Shown here one piece after another: positions 9,394 to 18,676 of a stretch of 33,874 nt of DNA. The notes under the pieces were generated by a model. That model did not search any database. It was not told where the DNA came from and saw only the letters and a program-made list of their open reading frames with translations. The DNA is from Nitrosotalea sp. (GTDB lineage Archaea > Thermoproteota > Nitrososphaeria > Nitrososphaerales > Nitrosopumilaceae). The stretch lies in the NCBI GenBank assembly GCA_050749285.1, contig JBOGQX010000030.1, positions 1 to 33,874 on the forward strand, in the 5' to 3' direction. Each line of letters opens with the position of its first letter. Positions within the stretch are counted from its first letter, which is position 1. A program made the translations under genes and the position numbers.

Positions 9394-10269
9394 ATGGAAA
9401 AGCACGAATCTACCCTTATAGAAAAATTTCTCTTCAAAATAGCAAAACAGTGGATTGCTGGAGATACCATGGATGAAGCAATTCGATCTGCAAAAAAGGC
9501 TAACAGGAATGGAATGGATGCAATAATCAATAGACTTGGAGAACACATGATCTCAAAGACCCAGATTGATGAAACCGTATCTGAATATCTTACGTTGATT
9601 TCAAACCTGCGCAGATCCAAAGTCACTGGTGGAATATCTGTAAAACCTACTCAAGTTGGCATGTCCAAGAATGTCAACGATTGTGCCTACAATCTAGGAA
9701 AGATAATAGAGAAGGCTTCAAACTCACAATCCTTTGTTTGGATAGACATGGAGTCATCAGAATACACTGATGATACCATCAAGATCTATCTTAGTCTCTT
9801 TGAAAAATATGAGAGATTGGGGATAGCAATTCAGGCAAACCTCAAACGAACCGAACAAGACCTCAAAATACTACTTGAGCATGGTGCAAAGATTCGATTG
9901 GTAAAAGGGGCCTATCGAGAGAATAAGAAAAATGCCTACAAAACAAGACACGAGGTTGATGAGAACTACAAAAAGATCACAAGTATGCTTTTTTCAGATG
10001 GAAATGAGTTTGCAATAGCTACACATGATTCCAAGATGATTGACTTTGCCATTGAATTATCAAAGAAGTATGAACGGAGGTTTGAATTTCAGATGTTAAA
10101 GGGCATACGTGATGAGTTAAAACCAGTCTTGATCAAAAGCGGTTTTACTATATCAGAATACATACCATATGGAACCAACTGGCTTCCTTATTCAATAAGA
10201 CGAATAAAGGAAAGAAAACGTAACATATTGCTTCTTGGTAGTTCCTACCTTCATTCACATCGTGTTTGA
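9394..10269 (+). CDS. proline dehydrogenase family protein
   Basis: IRLVKGAY and FQMLKG signatures. I prefer the ATG at 9394 over the TTG at 9361 listed in the track. Confidence 0.8.
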   Translation: MEKHESTLIEKFLFKIAKQWIAGDTMDEAIRSAKKANRNGMDAIINRLGEHMISKTQIDETVSEYLTLISNLRRSKVTGGISVKPTQVGMSKNVNDCAYNLGKIIEKASNSQSFVWIDMESSEYTDDTIKIYLSLFEKYERLGIAIQANLKRTEQDLKILLEHGAKIRLVKGAYRENKKNAYKTRHEVDENYKKITSMLFSDGNEFAIATHDSKMIDFAIELSKKYERRFEFQMLKGIRDELKPVLIKSGFTISEYIPYGTNWLPYSIRRIKERKRNILLLGSSYLHSHRV

Positions 10270-11816
10270 GTTTGTTCTCTCATGAATTGTAGCAAATAGT
10301 AGGCACCGCCTGCGCCTTTGCCTGAAATTCCAGAATCTTTCCAACCTACAAAGGGCTGAGCTCCAACCATTGCACCAGTGGTAGCACTTGCAGCTCTGTT
10401 TGCATATGTTACACCTGCTTCAATCCTTTCAAAGAATGACTCTATCTCGTTTTTATCTTGGCTAAAGATTCCTGCGGTCAGGCCATAATTGCTCTTGTTT
10501 GCTTCTTTTATGGCATCATCGAAATTATCGAATTCTTCAACACATAGAAACGGTAAAAACAATTCGTTTCTTATCAAATCATGATCTTTTGGTAGACCTA
10601 TCACTATGGTAGGCTCTACGAAATTTCCATCTTTATGTTCTGGATCAGTCAATGCAGAACCACCAGAAACTATCTTGCCATCTTTCTTTGCAATTTCAGA
10701 GGCTCGTTGGAATTTTTCCAAAGCTGCTTTGTTTATCACCGGACTAATGAATACGTCTTTTTCCCATGGTTTACCTATCTTCAGTGCTTTTGTCTTTGTA
10801 ACTAGCTTTTCCACAAATTGGTTTGTGATACCTTTTTGCACATAAACTCTAGAGCAAGCACTGCATTTTTGTCCACTATACCCAAATGCGGCACGCATTA
10901 CGCCATCTACGGCTTTATCAATGTCAGCATTTTTTGTAATAATGGCAGAATTCTTACCACCCATCTCAGAGATGAATGGCCTTGATCTGCTAGCCACAAA
11001 TGCGTTAAACCCTGACATACCAACCTCCTTTGAGCCGGTAAATGCAATTCCATCAACTAGAGGACTTTGCAAAATGGCACTGCCCACAATGCTACCCGAA
11101 CCTGTTACAAAGTTTATTGCTGCAGGAGGAAGTTTATGGTAAATAGCTTCCACAAACTTGAAGGCTGAAATCGGAGAGTCACTTGATGGTTTCAGCACCA
11201 CGGTGTTGCCCGTTATGAGAGCACCTGATGTCATACCTACCGCGATTGCTGAAGGAAAATTAAATGGAGAAATGACACCCCATACGCCATAGGGCTTCAA
11301 TACACTACGAGTCTTTTCGTTAGGGTTGGCGCTCTGAGTTTTTTTTGAAAATCCCTCGTTTATCTCTAGTTGCTCCGCGTAGAATCTCATAAAATCAATG
11401 GCTTCATCCAGATCCCCCATTGCTTCTAGACGGTTTTTTCCGTTTTCAAAGCACATTATTGCGGCTAGGTTAAACTTGTTTTGTACAAAAATATCTGCCA
11501 CTTCTCTAAAAATCTGAACTCTTTTTTGGTATGGTACAAGAGACCATTTATGAAACGCCTCTTTGGCAGATTCTATAGCACGTAGAACATCACCCTTTGA
11601 AGCCAAAGGGAAATTTGCAAGTACCAGATTTTTATCTGCAGGAGACCTTATTTGAAATTGGTTGTTCGAAAGTATCTCTTTGCCTGCTACAATCATGGGA
11701 TAACTTTTCCCAAAATCTTTCCTTACTTGCTCTATCGCTTGGTCAAATTTACTATGAAATTCATCAGTTGAATTGTTTTCTGCGTACTTTGCCCATGTTT
11801 TCTCGTTTTGGAACAT
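10251..11816 (-). CDS. 1-pyrroline-5-carboxylate (L-glutamate gamma-semialdehyde) dehydrogenase, ALDH family
   Basis: ALDH motifs FTGSKEVG, SEMGGKN (catalytic Glu) and GQKCSACSR (catalytic Cys). I prefer the ATG at 11816 over the TTG at 11831. It is paired with proline dehydrogenase. Confidence 0.85.
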   Translation of the reverse strand: MFQNEKTWAKYAENNSTDEFHSKFDQAIEQVRKDFGKSYPMIVAGKEILSNNQFQIRSPADKNLVLANFPLASKGDVLRAIESAKEAFHKWSLVPYQKRVQIFREVADIFVQNKFNLAAIMCFENGKNRLEAMGDLDEAIDFMRFYAEQLEINEGFSKKTQSANPNEKTRSVLKPYGVWGVISPFNFPSAIAVGMTSGALITGNTVVLKPSSDSPISAFKFVEAIYHKLPPAAINFVTGSGSIVGSAILQSPLVDGIAFTGSKEVGMSGFNAFVASRSRPFISEMGGKNSAIITKNADIDKAVDGVMRAAFGYSGQKCSACSRVYVQKGITNQFVEKLVTKTKALKIGKPWEKDVFISPVINKAALEKFQRASEIAKKDGKIVSGGSALTDPEHKDGNFVEPTIVIGLPKDHDLIRNELFLPFLCVEEFDNFDDAIKEANKSNYGLTAGIFSQDKNEIESFFERIEAGVTYANRAASATTGAMVGAQPFVGWKDSGISGKGAGGAYYLLQFMREQTQTRCE

Positions 11817-11983
11817 GCCCGTATTACGCAATCACCACATAATTAGTTTGATTATACGTTAAGGAAACTACCTAATAATTCCCTTTGATATGACCTTTCC
11901 CAGATGGCACCACGGAATCTTACGGAAACCTCACACAGAATGATATAAATTGGTTCTAATTTCTTTGTAAAATAAATTCTCGA

Positions 11984-14515
11984 TCATAATTGTATTGGTT
12001 TGTATTCTACTTGTCTTTTTCCATTTTCGGTTTGATTGACTACTATTGAGTTGTAATCTCCGTAATCAAGATCCGTATGAGTAATCAGAAACATCTGTTT
12101 GAAACTCTGATCCTGCGTAAGAATGCTTACAAGACTCCTTCTCCTGGAAGCGTCCAAGCTTGCCATGGGTTCATCTAACATGACGGAATTGATCATGGGC
12201 GGTTTCATTTCTGCGTCTTTGAATGGTCTTATCTTTGCCATAAGTTTGGAGATCGCAATCCTAAGAGCCAGACCCAGCGCTGTCTCGTCTCCTCCACTCA
12301 ATTGCTCCTTCTGTTTAGGCATGTTGTCCTTGTTATCCATAAGACTGATTTCCAATCCATGGGACTCCATGCCTTTAGTTCTTCTTACAGTTGGGTATAT
12401 TCGATCAATTACATATCTACCATCTGTGAATGGTGTAAGATAGCTGTTTGTGGTTTGTCGCAAGACCTCTGACAGTTTGCCTTCTACAATATAGTTTGAG
12501 ATGAAACCATCTATTTCACCTTTCAAGAATTTTACATGTTTTAATTCTCTTGATTCCTGTTCTAGTTTTTCTTCTTTTTGAGCAAGTTCCTTCAGCCTGG
12601 CTTTTCGTTGTTTTATGTCTTCCTCAATTGATATAACTTCATCTTTTATAGATTTTAGGATTTTTTCTCTGTCATCAAGACGTGTGTTAAGTGATTTGTG
12701 TTTTACAAGCAATTCGTCTATCCTCACGCATTTAAATTTGGATAAGAAATCTTTCAATTCACGAACAGAGAATTCATGTAATATCTTTAACATGTTAGAG
12801 TTCATCTTTTCAGTCTCCAATTCTAGGTGTTTTTTGTTTTTTTGAAGTGTTCCAATTTGTCCTGAATAAACCTGGACGGTTTTATTTTCGGTTTGTATTT
12901 TCTCGCTTAGTGATGATATGCTCTGATCATATGAACGGAGATTTGTCTCTAGCTCTGTTAACTTCGAGATTAATGAACGGATTGTAGCCTGTGTAATGTT
13001 TGAATAAGAGAAGTCTTTCTTAGTTAGGGAATCGAAGGTAGATTTTAGTTTCTTCCTTTCCTCAATTAATTCTTCTACAAGTGATTGAAGTTTGCTGAGT
13101 ATGTCCTTGTAGATTGTTTTGATTTCAATTTGGTTTTTAATCTCCTCTAATTGAACATCGAATTCTCCTTTGTTGGATTCAAGTAGGTTCAAGGCTGTTT
13201 TGATCTCTTTTGATTCGGTTGTTATGGAAGCAATCATGTACTTCGTATCTTTAATTATTGATTTGCAAATTGGACAATTACCTCTGGCTTCTACATAATC
13301 AATGCTCTTTTTCTTCAAATCAGCAAGGGTTTTGTTCGAGGTTATTTCTGCTTGTATGTGGCTAATCTTACTTTCAAGTTCCGTTTTCGATTTTGTGAGT
13401 TCTTTTATTTTGTCATCATGCTGTGATAATGAAGATGATACTTTCTCAGGTGATTGAAGTGGATCAAAATCAAGTTTGATTTTTGATTTTGTAAGCAATT
13501 TTTTGATTGAATTTTCTTGTGTTAACATGCTGTCAATATTTTGTAAAATTTGATCCAAATATTCCTTAGATGGAATTTTTTTAAGATGATCACTGTCAGA
13601 ATTTCGTAAAGATTCGAATTGTTTTATTTCTAATTCAATCTTTTTTATTCTGGAACTTTGCTCATTGACGTATTGTTGTTTTTCATTGATTTGCGTCTTT
13701 ACGGTAATTAATTCTGCTTCCTTTTCCCGCAGTTTATCTACACCATCTCTTAATGAAACAATCTGTGATTCTGATGGAAGTGTATTCAATTCTTTCTTCA
13801 TGCCTAGGATCTCCTTTGTTTTTTTGTCAACTTCATCCTTTTTGGAGTTAAGCGTGGTTTCGTTCTTTGCCAGTTCTCTTTTTTCGGTGGGAATCGAACC
13901 CACTTCACGCTGTAACTGACCAATTTTGTCCTGAAGATTCGAAGATCTGCTTGATAGGTTCTCTTTTACGCGGTCAAACTCATCTAGTCCAAATAAGCCG
14001 GTTACAAGTACTCTTAGGTCTTTTGGTTCTGCCAGTGCAAGTTTATCTACTTCTTTCTGTCTTACGTAGACAGTTTTCTCAATGTTTTCTGCAGTTATTC
14101 CAAGTAATTTTTCTACCTCACGATTTACAGGAACAGCTCCAGAAAACATAGTAACAAACTTGGATCCATCCTTCTTTGACAGTACTGCATCAGAATTGAA
14201 TTGAACTTCTGATTTAGGATTCCTTGATTTCCTAATTGTCATTTTCCTTACTATTCTGAATTGGTTGCCGCCTAGTTCGAAGGTGATGTCAACTTTACAG
14301 CTAGACTCGCCGGTTCTAACCAGCATGCCTTTTTTCTTGACATCCATTAGGCTATCGCCTAGCAACCCCCAGAGAACTGCTTCAATAAGACTAGTTTTTC
14401 CCATGGAATTGTCGCCGTTAATTAGGAATAATCCCTCTCCTAACTGTCCTTCTTGTGGAAGAGTCACCTTCTCATAAGGTTTGAAATTTTCTATTTCTGC
14501 TCTTAGGATTTTCAT
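11984..14515 (-). CDS. rad50: Rad50 DNA double-strand-break repair ATPase
   Basis: Walker A GDNSMGKTS. A long coiled coil carries the zinc hook CPIC. Signature motif LSGGDETALGLALR, Walker B MLDEPMASLD, H-loop LITHTD. Confidence 0.92.
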   Translation of the reverse strand: MKILRAEIENFKPYEKVTLPQEGQLGEGLFLINGDNSMGKTSLIEAVLWGLLGDSLMDVKKKGMLVRTGESSCKVDITFELGGNQFRIVRKMTIRKSRNPKSEVQFNSDAVLSKKDGSKFVTMFSGAVPVNREVEKLLGITAENIEKTVYVRQKEVDKLALAEPKDLRVLVTGLFGLDEFDRVKENLSSRSSNLQDKIGQLQREVGSIPTEKRELAKNETTLNSKKDEVDKKTKEILGMKKELNTLPSESQIVSLRDGVDKLREKEAELITVKTQINEKQQYVNEQSSRIKKIELEIKQFESLRNSDSDHLKKIPSKEYLDQILQNIDSMLTQENSIKKLLTKSKIKLDFDPLQSPEKVSSSLSQHDDKIKELTKSKTELESKISHIQAEITSNKTLADLKKKSIDYVEARGNCPICKSIIKDTKYMIASITTESKEIKTALNLLESNKGEFDVQLEEIKNQIEIKTIYKDILSKLQSLVEELIEERKKLKSTFDSLTKKDFSYSNITQATIRSLISKLTELETNLRSYDQSISSLSEKIQTENKTVQVYSGQIGTLQKNKKHLELETEKMNSNMLKILHEFSVRELKDFLSKFKCVRIDELLVKHKSLNTRLDDREKILKSIKDEVISIEEDIKQRKARLKELAQKEEKLEQESRELKHVKFLKGEIDGFISNYIVEGKLSEVLRQTTNSYLTPFTDGRYVIDRIYPTVRRTKGMESHGLEISLMDNKDNMPKQKEQLSGGDETALGLALRIAISKLMAKIRPFKDAEMKPPMINSVMLDEPMASLDASRRRSLVSILTQDQSFKQMFLITHTDLDYGDYNSIVVNQTENGKRQVEYKPIQL

Positions 14516-14517
14516 AA

Positions 14518-15783
14518 TTATCTTTCCTCCGCTAGCGCTTCCGCAAATATCTTGGCCAATAGATTAGCGTCCAGATTTTGGTTCTTTAGATCCTCGGCCC
14601 GCGTAGATGTAACATATTCCTTGAATTCTTTCTCTGGGTTTTCTACCAAGTATTCTATATTAGCTAATGCAGCTGGACTTGATATCTCCACCTCATAATC
14701 TACATGGTCTGGTCGCACGAGGTAAAATTCTGCCACATTGAATTCGTCGGAATCGAGAGCCATCTTTCTTAGGTATGAATCAACTTCGCTGACGTTGAAG
14801 GAGGAACCGAACGCAGTGTTAGTTTTGATTCCTATTCTCACTCTTGCTGCAGTCCTGTAGTCGTACTTCGTAGCAAGACCATTTCTTTCAAAAATGTCTT
14901 TGACTTTGTTTATGACCACAGAATTATTATCGGAATGCTTGATTTCAAGTTCTTCACTCACTATTTTTCTTGATGAGTTTAGTAGCTTTTTAGTAACTTT
15001 TGGATATGCCTTTCCTTTTTCTAGTTCGACAAGGAGATATCCCTTCTCTTGTTCGTATTCGTCTAATCTCCATCTCTCCGTAGATCCGGAGTACCACGCC
15101 TTATCAGTTACTTTGTCCATTTTGTGATTATCCCCTAAGGCAATGTAGTCATAGTTAGCTTTGAGCAAGTCGGGATGTAGGCTTGAGTTTATTGTCATCC
15201 CATGGGCGACAGCGACATTGATCATTTTTGGATTGATTGATGAGTTTTGTGTTTTAATCCAATTATCGTATATCTTCTGAATGTTCAACGTAGTCAGCAT
15301 TCTAGGATCAATTGCTGGATGAGCTAGCACGCGTAGGTTCAGTTCAGGAAAGTCTTTGTATAACGGCTTCTGGTTTCTTATTGCATCTCGCAAATCAAAA
15401 TGAGTGAAGAGATGCATGTTGTTGAACGCTATTGCATATTCTGATAATGTAGAGCTCCGGTATTCCATGAATTTACCATGGTTACCGTCTATGATCACTA
15501 TTGGAATTCCTGCATCGGCCAGTTGCTTGAACGTCTCTATTGCCACATTTCTTGCATACTCTGGTGGAGAGCTGCGGTCATAACCAGCTGGTGTATCAAA
15601 AAAATCTCCACTGTGTATAATAATGTCTGGTCTGTTCTTTGTTTCTGTCACTTCATTAACAAACTTGTGCCACGCGTTGTAGAAATCATCTTCGAGTGGC
15701 CTTATCTCATTGTTAATGATTTCATTTCTAGTATTTTTGATACGTCTACCGAGATGTGTGTCTGAAATATGCGCTATCTTCAT
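14518..15783 (-). CDS. mre11: Mre11 nuclease (calcineurin-like metallophosphoesterase)
   Basis: Phosphoesterase motifs AHISDTHLG, HSGDFFD, IDGNHG, VAHGM and LGDNH. Its stop lies 2 nt before the rad50 start. Confidence 0.92.
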   Translation of the reverse strand: MKIAHISDTHLGRRIKNTRNEIINNEIRPLEDDFYNAWHKFVNEVTETKNRPDIIIHSGDFFDTPAGYDRSSPPEYARNVAIETFKQLADAGIPIVIIDGNHGKFMEYRSSTLSEYAIAFNNMHLFTHFDLRDAIRNQKPLYKDFPELNLRVLAHPAIDPRMLTTLNIQKIYDNWIKTQNSSINPKMINVAVAHGMTINSSLHPDLLKANYDYIALGDNHKMDKVTDKAWYSGSTERWRLDEYEQEKGYLLVELEKGKAYPKVTKKLLNSSRKIVSEELEIKHSDNNSVVINKVKDIFERNGLATKYDYRTAARVRIGIKTNTAFGSSFNVSEVDSYLRKMALDSDEFNVAEFYLVRPDHVDYEVEISSPAALANIEYLVENPEKEFKEYVTSTRAEDLKNQNLDANLLAKIFAEALAEER

Positions 15784-15794
15784 ATCAAATCATC

Positions 15795-17336
15795 TTACAA
15801 ACTAAATTCTTCCTCTGCCTTCTTCTTCTGAACCTTGTCTTTGTTCTGCTTTACAGTTTTCACAGTTGATGCAGTTCCATTTTCAAATTTGAAGAATCTT
15901 CTTGTTTCACCAGCAGCATATTTTACTTCAGGAGTCTTTATGACAAATGGATATTCTCTTGTTGCAGTGCCAACTACTAGACATGTTCTGGGTGGCAGAG
16001 CCTTTGCGACAGCTGTTGTGGTGTCGTTATCTAACCTTATTGCAGGAGTTACATGAGCAAAATCCGCATCGTTTTGAAGATTAAAGAGAAAGATGTTGTC
16101 GGTTTGTCTGATAAGCATGTCAGGTAAGCTGGTAGGAGTGTTAGTTATGTAGAATTGGAAGGTTCCCAGATGTCTCATCCTTGTTATGATGTCTTCCCAA
16201 TCGGTCTCCCCTATGTAGAGGTGTGCTTCCTCGGCAAATAAGAAAACTGGAGGATAGTTCTTGTTCGATTCAAGTAAATTCTCTAATTTACTCAGTACAG
16301 TTGATACTACGATGTTTCTAACCTCTGCTGACTTTCCTTTTAGAGTAAATACGATTGCTCCCCCATTGGAAATCTTGTCTAGTTCATTCTCCAATGTTGT
16401 TGCACCATCCGAATCATCAGTAATCAACCCCGTCTTCGATAAACCTGCGAATCTTCTTTCCAATGCGCTTACGATTGACTTGTTGGAATCACCATCTTCA
16501 CCTTCCATTTCATTGAGCAAAGTTTCAAGTGTAATAGGTTTCTTAGCTCTTGCAAGTTTTCTCCACGCCTTTGAAAGTTCGTAAATTGATGCAGATGCCG
16601 TACCAAGAGAAGTCTTTAGGACCTTGATGAAAACATCCAGGTCTATGTATGTTAAGAGAAATTTCAGGCTGTCTCCAGGGTTCAGAGAAACTATTTCCTG
16701 CCCAGAATCTCCTGACAAGTTTTTGGCCAACTCGGAATATTCATTGTTTATATCGAAAATAATGCATCTAGCACCATGCTTTATGAGGCCCATCAGCAGT
16801 AATTTTGCAGCATGCGACTTGCCAGTACCCTTCTTGCCGATGATAACTGTTGTACCTCCCTCTTGGATGTCATAGGCGCTTAAGTTCAGTGGAGAATTAC
16901 CATACGCAGTATTCCCAACAAAAATCGGAAATGGTTCACCAATCTTTAGCTTCGAAATAAGCCACTCATCTTTTACAACTTCTACTGCAATTTCTCTATC
17001 AGGAACCCATCCAGTCCATGGAACTACATCCTTCTCATTCCCTGAAAGTTCCTTTCGTATTTTTCCAGTTGCAACCTTAATGTTCTTCACTTCCCCGATG
17101 AACTGTTTGATGTCAGCAGGTATGTTGTGAACTATCTTTGAAGCTGGAATACTTTCGTTACGAATTAGATCTTCAAGAATTCCTGGAACATCGGCCAAAT
17201 TAATCTCTATGACTTGAATAATTAGACCTCTCTTCTTTTTGTCGTCCCACATCATCACATTCTCCCCCACCTCAACCTCTTCCTTGTTTCCATAGAGAAG
17301 AAGAACTTCGTCGCCGCTTTTGCTTAGTATTTGCAT
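15795..17336 (-). CDS. herA: HerA-type hexameric DNA translocase/helicase
   Basis: N-terminal barrel-like region, Walker A GKKGTGKSH, Walker B VFLFAEEAH. Positioned between nurA and mre11. Confidence 0.85.
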   Translation of the reverse strand: MQILSKSGDEVLLLYGNKEEVEVGENVMMWDDKKKRGLIIQVIEINLADVPGILEDLIRNESIPASKIVHNIPADIKQFIGEVKNIKVATGKIRKELSGNEKDVVPWTGWVPDREIAVEVVKDEWLISKLKIGEPFPIFVGNTAYGNSPLNLSAYDIQEGGTTVIIGKKGTGKSHAAKLLLMGLIKHGARCIIFDINNEYSELAKNLSGDSGQEIVSLNPGDSLKFLLTYIDLDVFIKVLKTSLGTASASIYELSKAWRKLARAKKPITLETLLNEMEGEDGDSNKSIVSALERRFAGLSKTGLITDDSDGATTLENELDKISNGGAIVFTLKGKSAEVRNIVVSTVLSKLENLLESNKNYPPVFLFAEEAHLYIGETDWEDIITRMRHLGTFQFYITNTPTSLPDMLIRQTDNIFLFNLQNDADFAHVTPAIRLDNDTTTAVAKALPPRTCLVVGTATREYPFVIKTPEVKYAAGETRRFFKFENGTASTVKTVKQNKDKVQKKKAEEEFSL

Positions 17337-17342
17337 TTCATA

Positions 17343-18389
17343 TCACCCGAAAGGAGAGAGCAGAACTTTATGGATGTCAGGAACATTGATTATTGGAATA
17401 TTGTATTTAGAAGCTATCATTCTTTGGCATGCTAGTGCTTCGTCTCTAGTGATCTTGGAGTAAATGTGAGCATTTCTCAACTCAACTGGATATCCGTGGT
17501 AAAATGATGTGCTTCTCATCAAGTCAAGTAGTGTTGATGATGGCTTATCCTTGATTTCTCGTGCCACGTCTACTCTGAATGGTATTCCACCTGGAGCGAA
17601 CTTGGCTGCGAAAGTAGTTCCCAAGATTTTGTAAATCCTAGATCCGAAAACAGCTATCTTTTTAGACAGGTCAACAATTGCAGGCGTATCAAATTCACTT
17701 AGAACTGAGAAGATGCTTTCTTTTGATTTCAAAATCAGATTTGTTTTCTTTGTAATTGCAACTATGTCGTTGGATCTTTCCTTTGCCAGTGATATAGCTT
17801 TGCCCATTAGGTCTTCAGGGGTATCGAATTGACTTTTTCCAGTTCCTAGTGAACCATCCCATAAAATTATTGCATTTTCTACCTTTGAGGAGGCATAACG
17901 TTGGATGAGTCTCTCCGTGAAGTTCCTAATTCTGTCAGGCATCTTGTATAATAACGGTATGTTCTTGGCTTCTTCTAGTTCGAATACATCTTTCATAAAG
18001 TGGTTGTAGAGTTTCTGTTTGTTATCATTTGTTATATGGTGTATGAAAGGTCCGAAGGTTTCTACATGTTCCTCGAAAATAACAGCAGCCTTAATAGCCG
18101 CGAGTATTCCAGTACCTGTATTTGCCAACGTCACAGAAGATGAATCAATAGCAACTATCTGCTTCTTTGCAGCATTAGCGTTAATATCCACTAGATTTTC
18201 TATTACTTCATCTCGATCTTGTATTGCAACTGAGAAGATTTCTTTGGAGTCATCTTCTTCCAACTCCTGCATTTCTTCGATTTTATCCATGGAAGTAGGT
18301 TCCATCTCGCTCACGGTTTGCAGATCAATTGGAAATGAGTTCAGCATGCTGTTAATAATTTTTTTGAAATCAGATTCTAATGTTTTCAT
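17343..18389 (-). CDS. nurA: NurA 5'-3' nuclease
   Basis: VAIDSSS catalytic-Asp motif and the position 6 nt upstream of herA. The start is chosen at MKTLESDF (ATG 18389), because the longer 18470 start adds an implausible Cys/Ile-rich leader. Confidence 0.7.
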   Translation of the reverse strand: MKTLESDFKKIINSMLNSFPIDLQTVSEMEPTSMDKIEEMQELEEDDSKEIFSVAIQDRDEVIENLVDINANAAKKQIVAIDSSSVTLANTGTGILAAIKAAVIFEEHVETFGPFIHHITNDNKQKLYNHFMKDVFELEEAKNIPLLYKMPDRIRNFTERLIQRYASSKVENAIILWDGSLGTGKSQFDTPEDLMGKAISLAKERSNDIVAITKKTNLILKSKESIFSVLSEFDTPAIVDLSKKIAVFGSRIYKILGTTFAAKFAPGGIPFRVDVAREIKDKPSSTLLDLMRSTSFYHGYPVELRNAHIYSKITRDEALACQRMIASKYNIPIINVPDIHKVLLSPFG

Positions 18390-18430
18390 ATCATCAACCT
18401 CACAAGAGTACCATGTTTTGATAGTGATGA

Positions 18431-18444
18431 TGCAATATATTGCA
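18431..18444. promoter_or_regulatory. perfect 14-bp palindrome TGCAATATATTGCA overlapping a TATA-like AATATATT, 42-55 nt upstream of the nurA ATG
   Basis: Read directly from the sequence. The element is self-complementary and sits in the nurA / Csa3-like divergent intergenic region. Confidence 0.3.
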
Positions 18445-18640
18445 GAAAGGTTCTTCTTGCGTATGATCATCTATAGAAAGAGAGTTGAACTTAATACTGC
18501 AACCATCAATATTCTCAGGAAGTTTCTGCTTAGACCTAAATCCATTCAAGAACTTTCCTGTTGTTATGTTCGTTTGGTCGCTAGTTTTCGACTCGGTTAA
18601 CATGATATCGTAATAACCAGTCTTGTTTTTATCCATATTG

Positions 18641-18659
18641 ACAATAAAATTGTTATAAA
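18641..18659. promoter_or_regulatory. ACAAT-N3-ATTGT inverted repeat abutting the TTATAAA box of the Csa3-like regulator gene
   Basis: acaataaaattgt lies at 18641-18653 and ttataaa at 18653-18659, about 20-30 nt before the ATG codons at 18677, 18683 and 18686. Confidence 0.3.
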
Positions 18660-18676
18660 CATTAAAATCCTTAACA

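Noticed and set aside
12123-14477. Multiple plus-strand ORFs (70-106 aa) within rad50, and similar ones within mre11, herA and nurA (up to 193 aa at 18019-18600).
   Set aside because: They are mirror frames of Lys/Glu-rich coiled-coil coding sequence. This gives Ser/Leu/Phe-rich open frames by composition alone.
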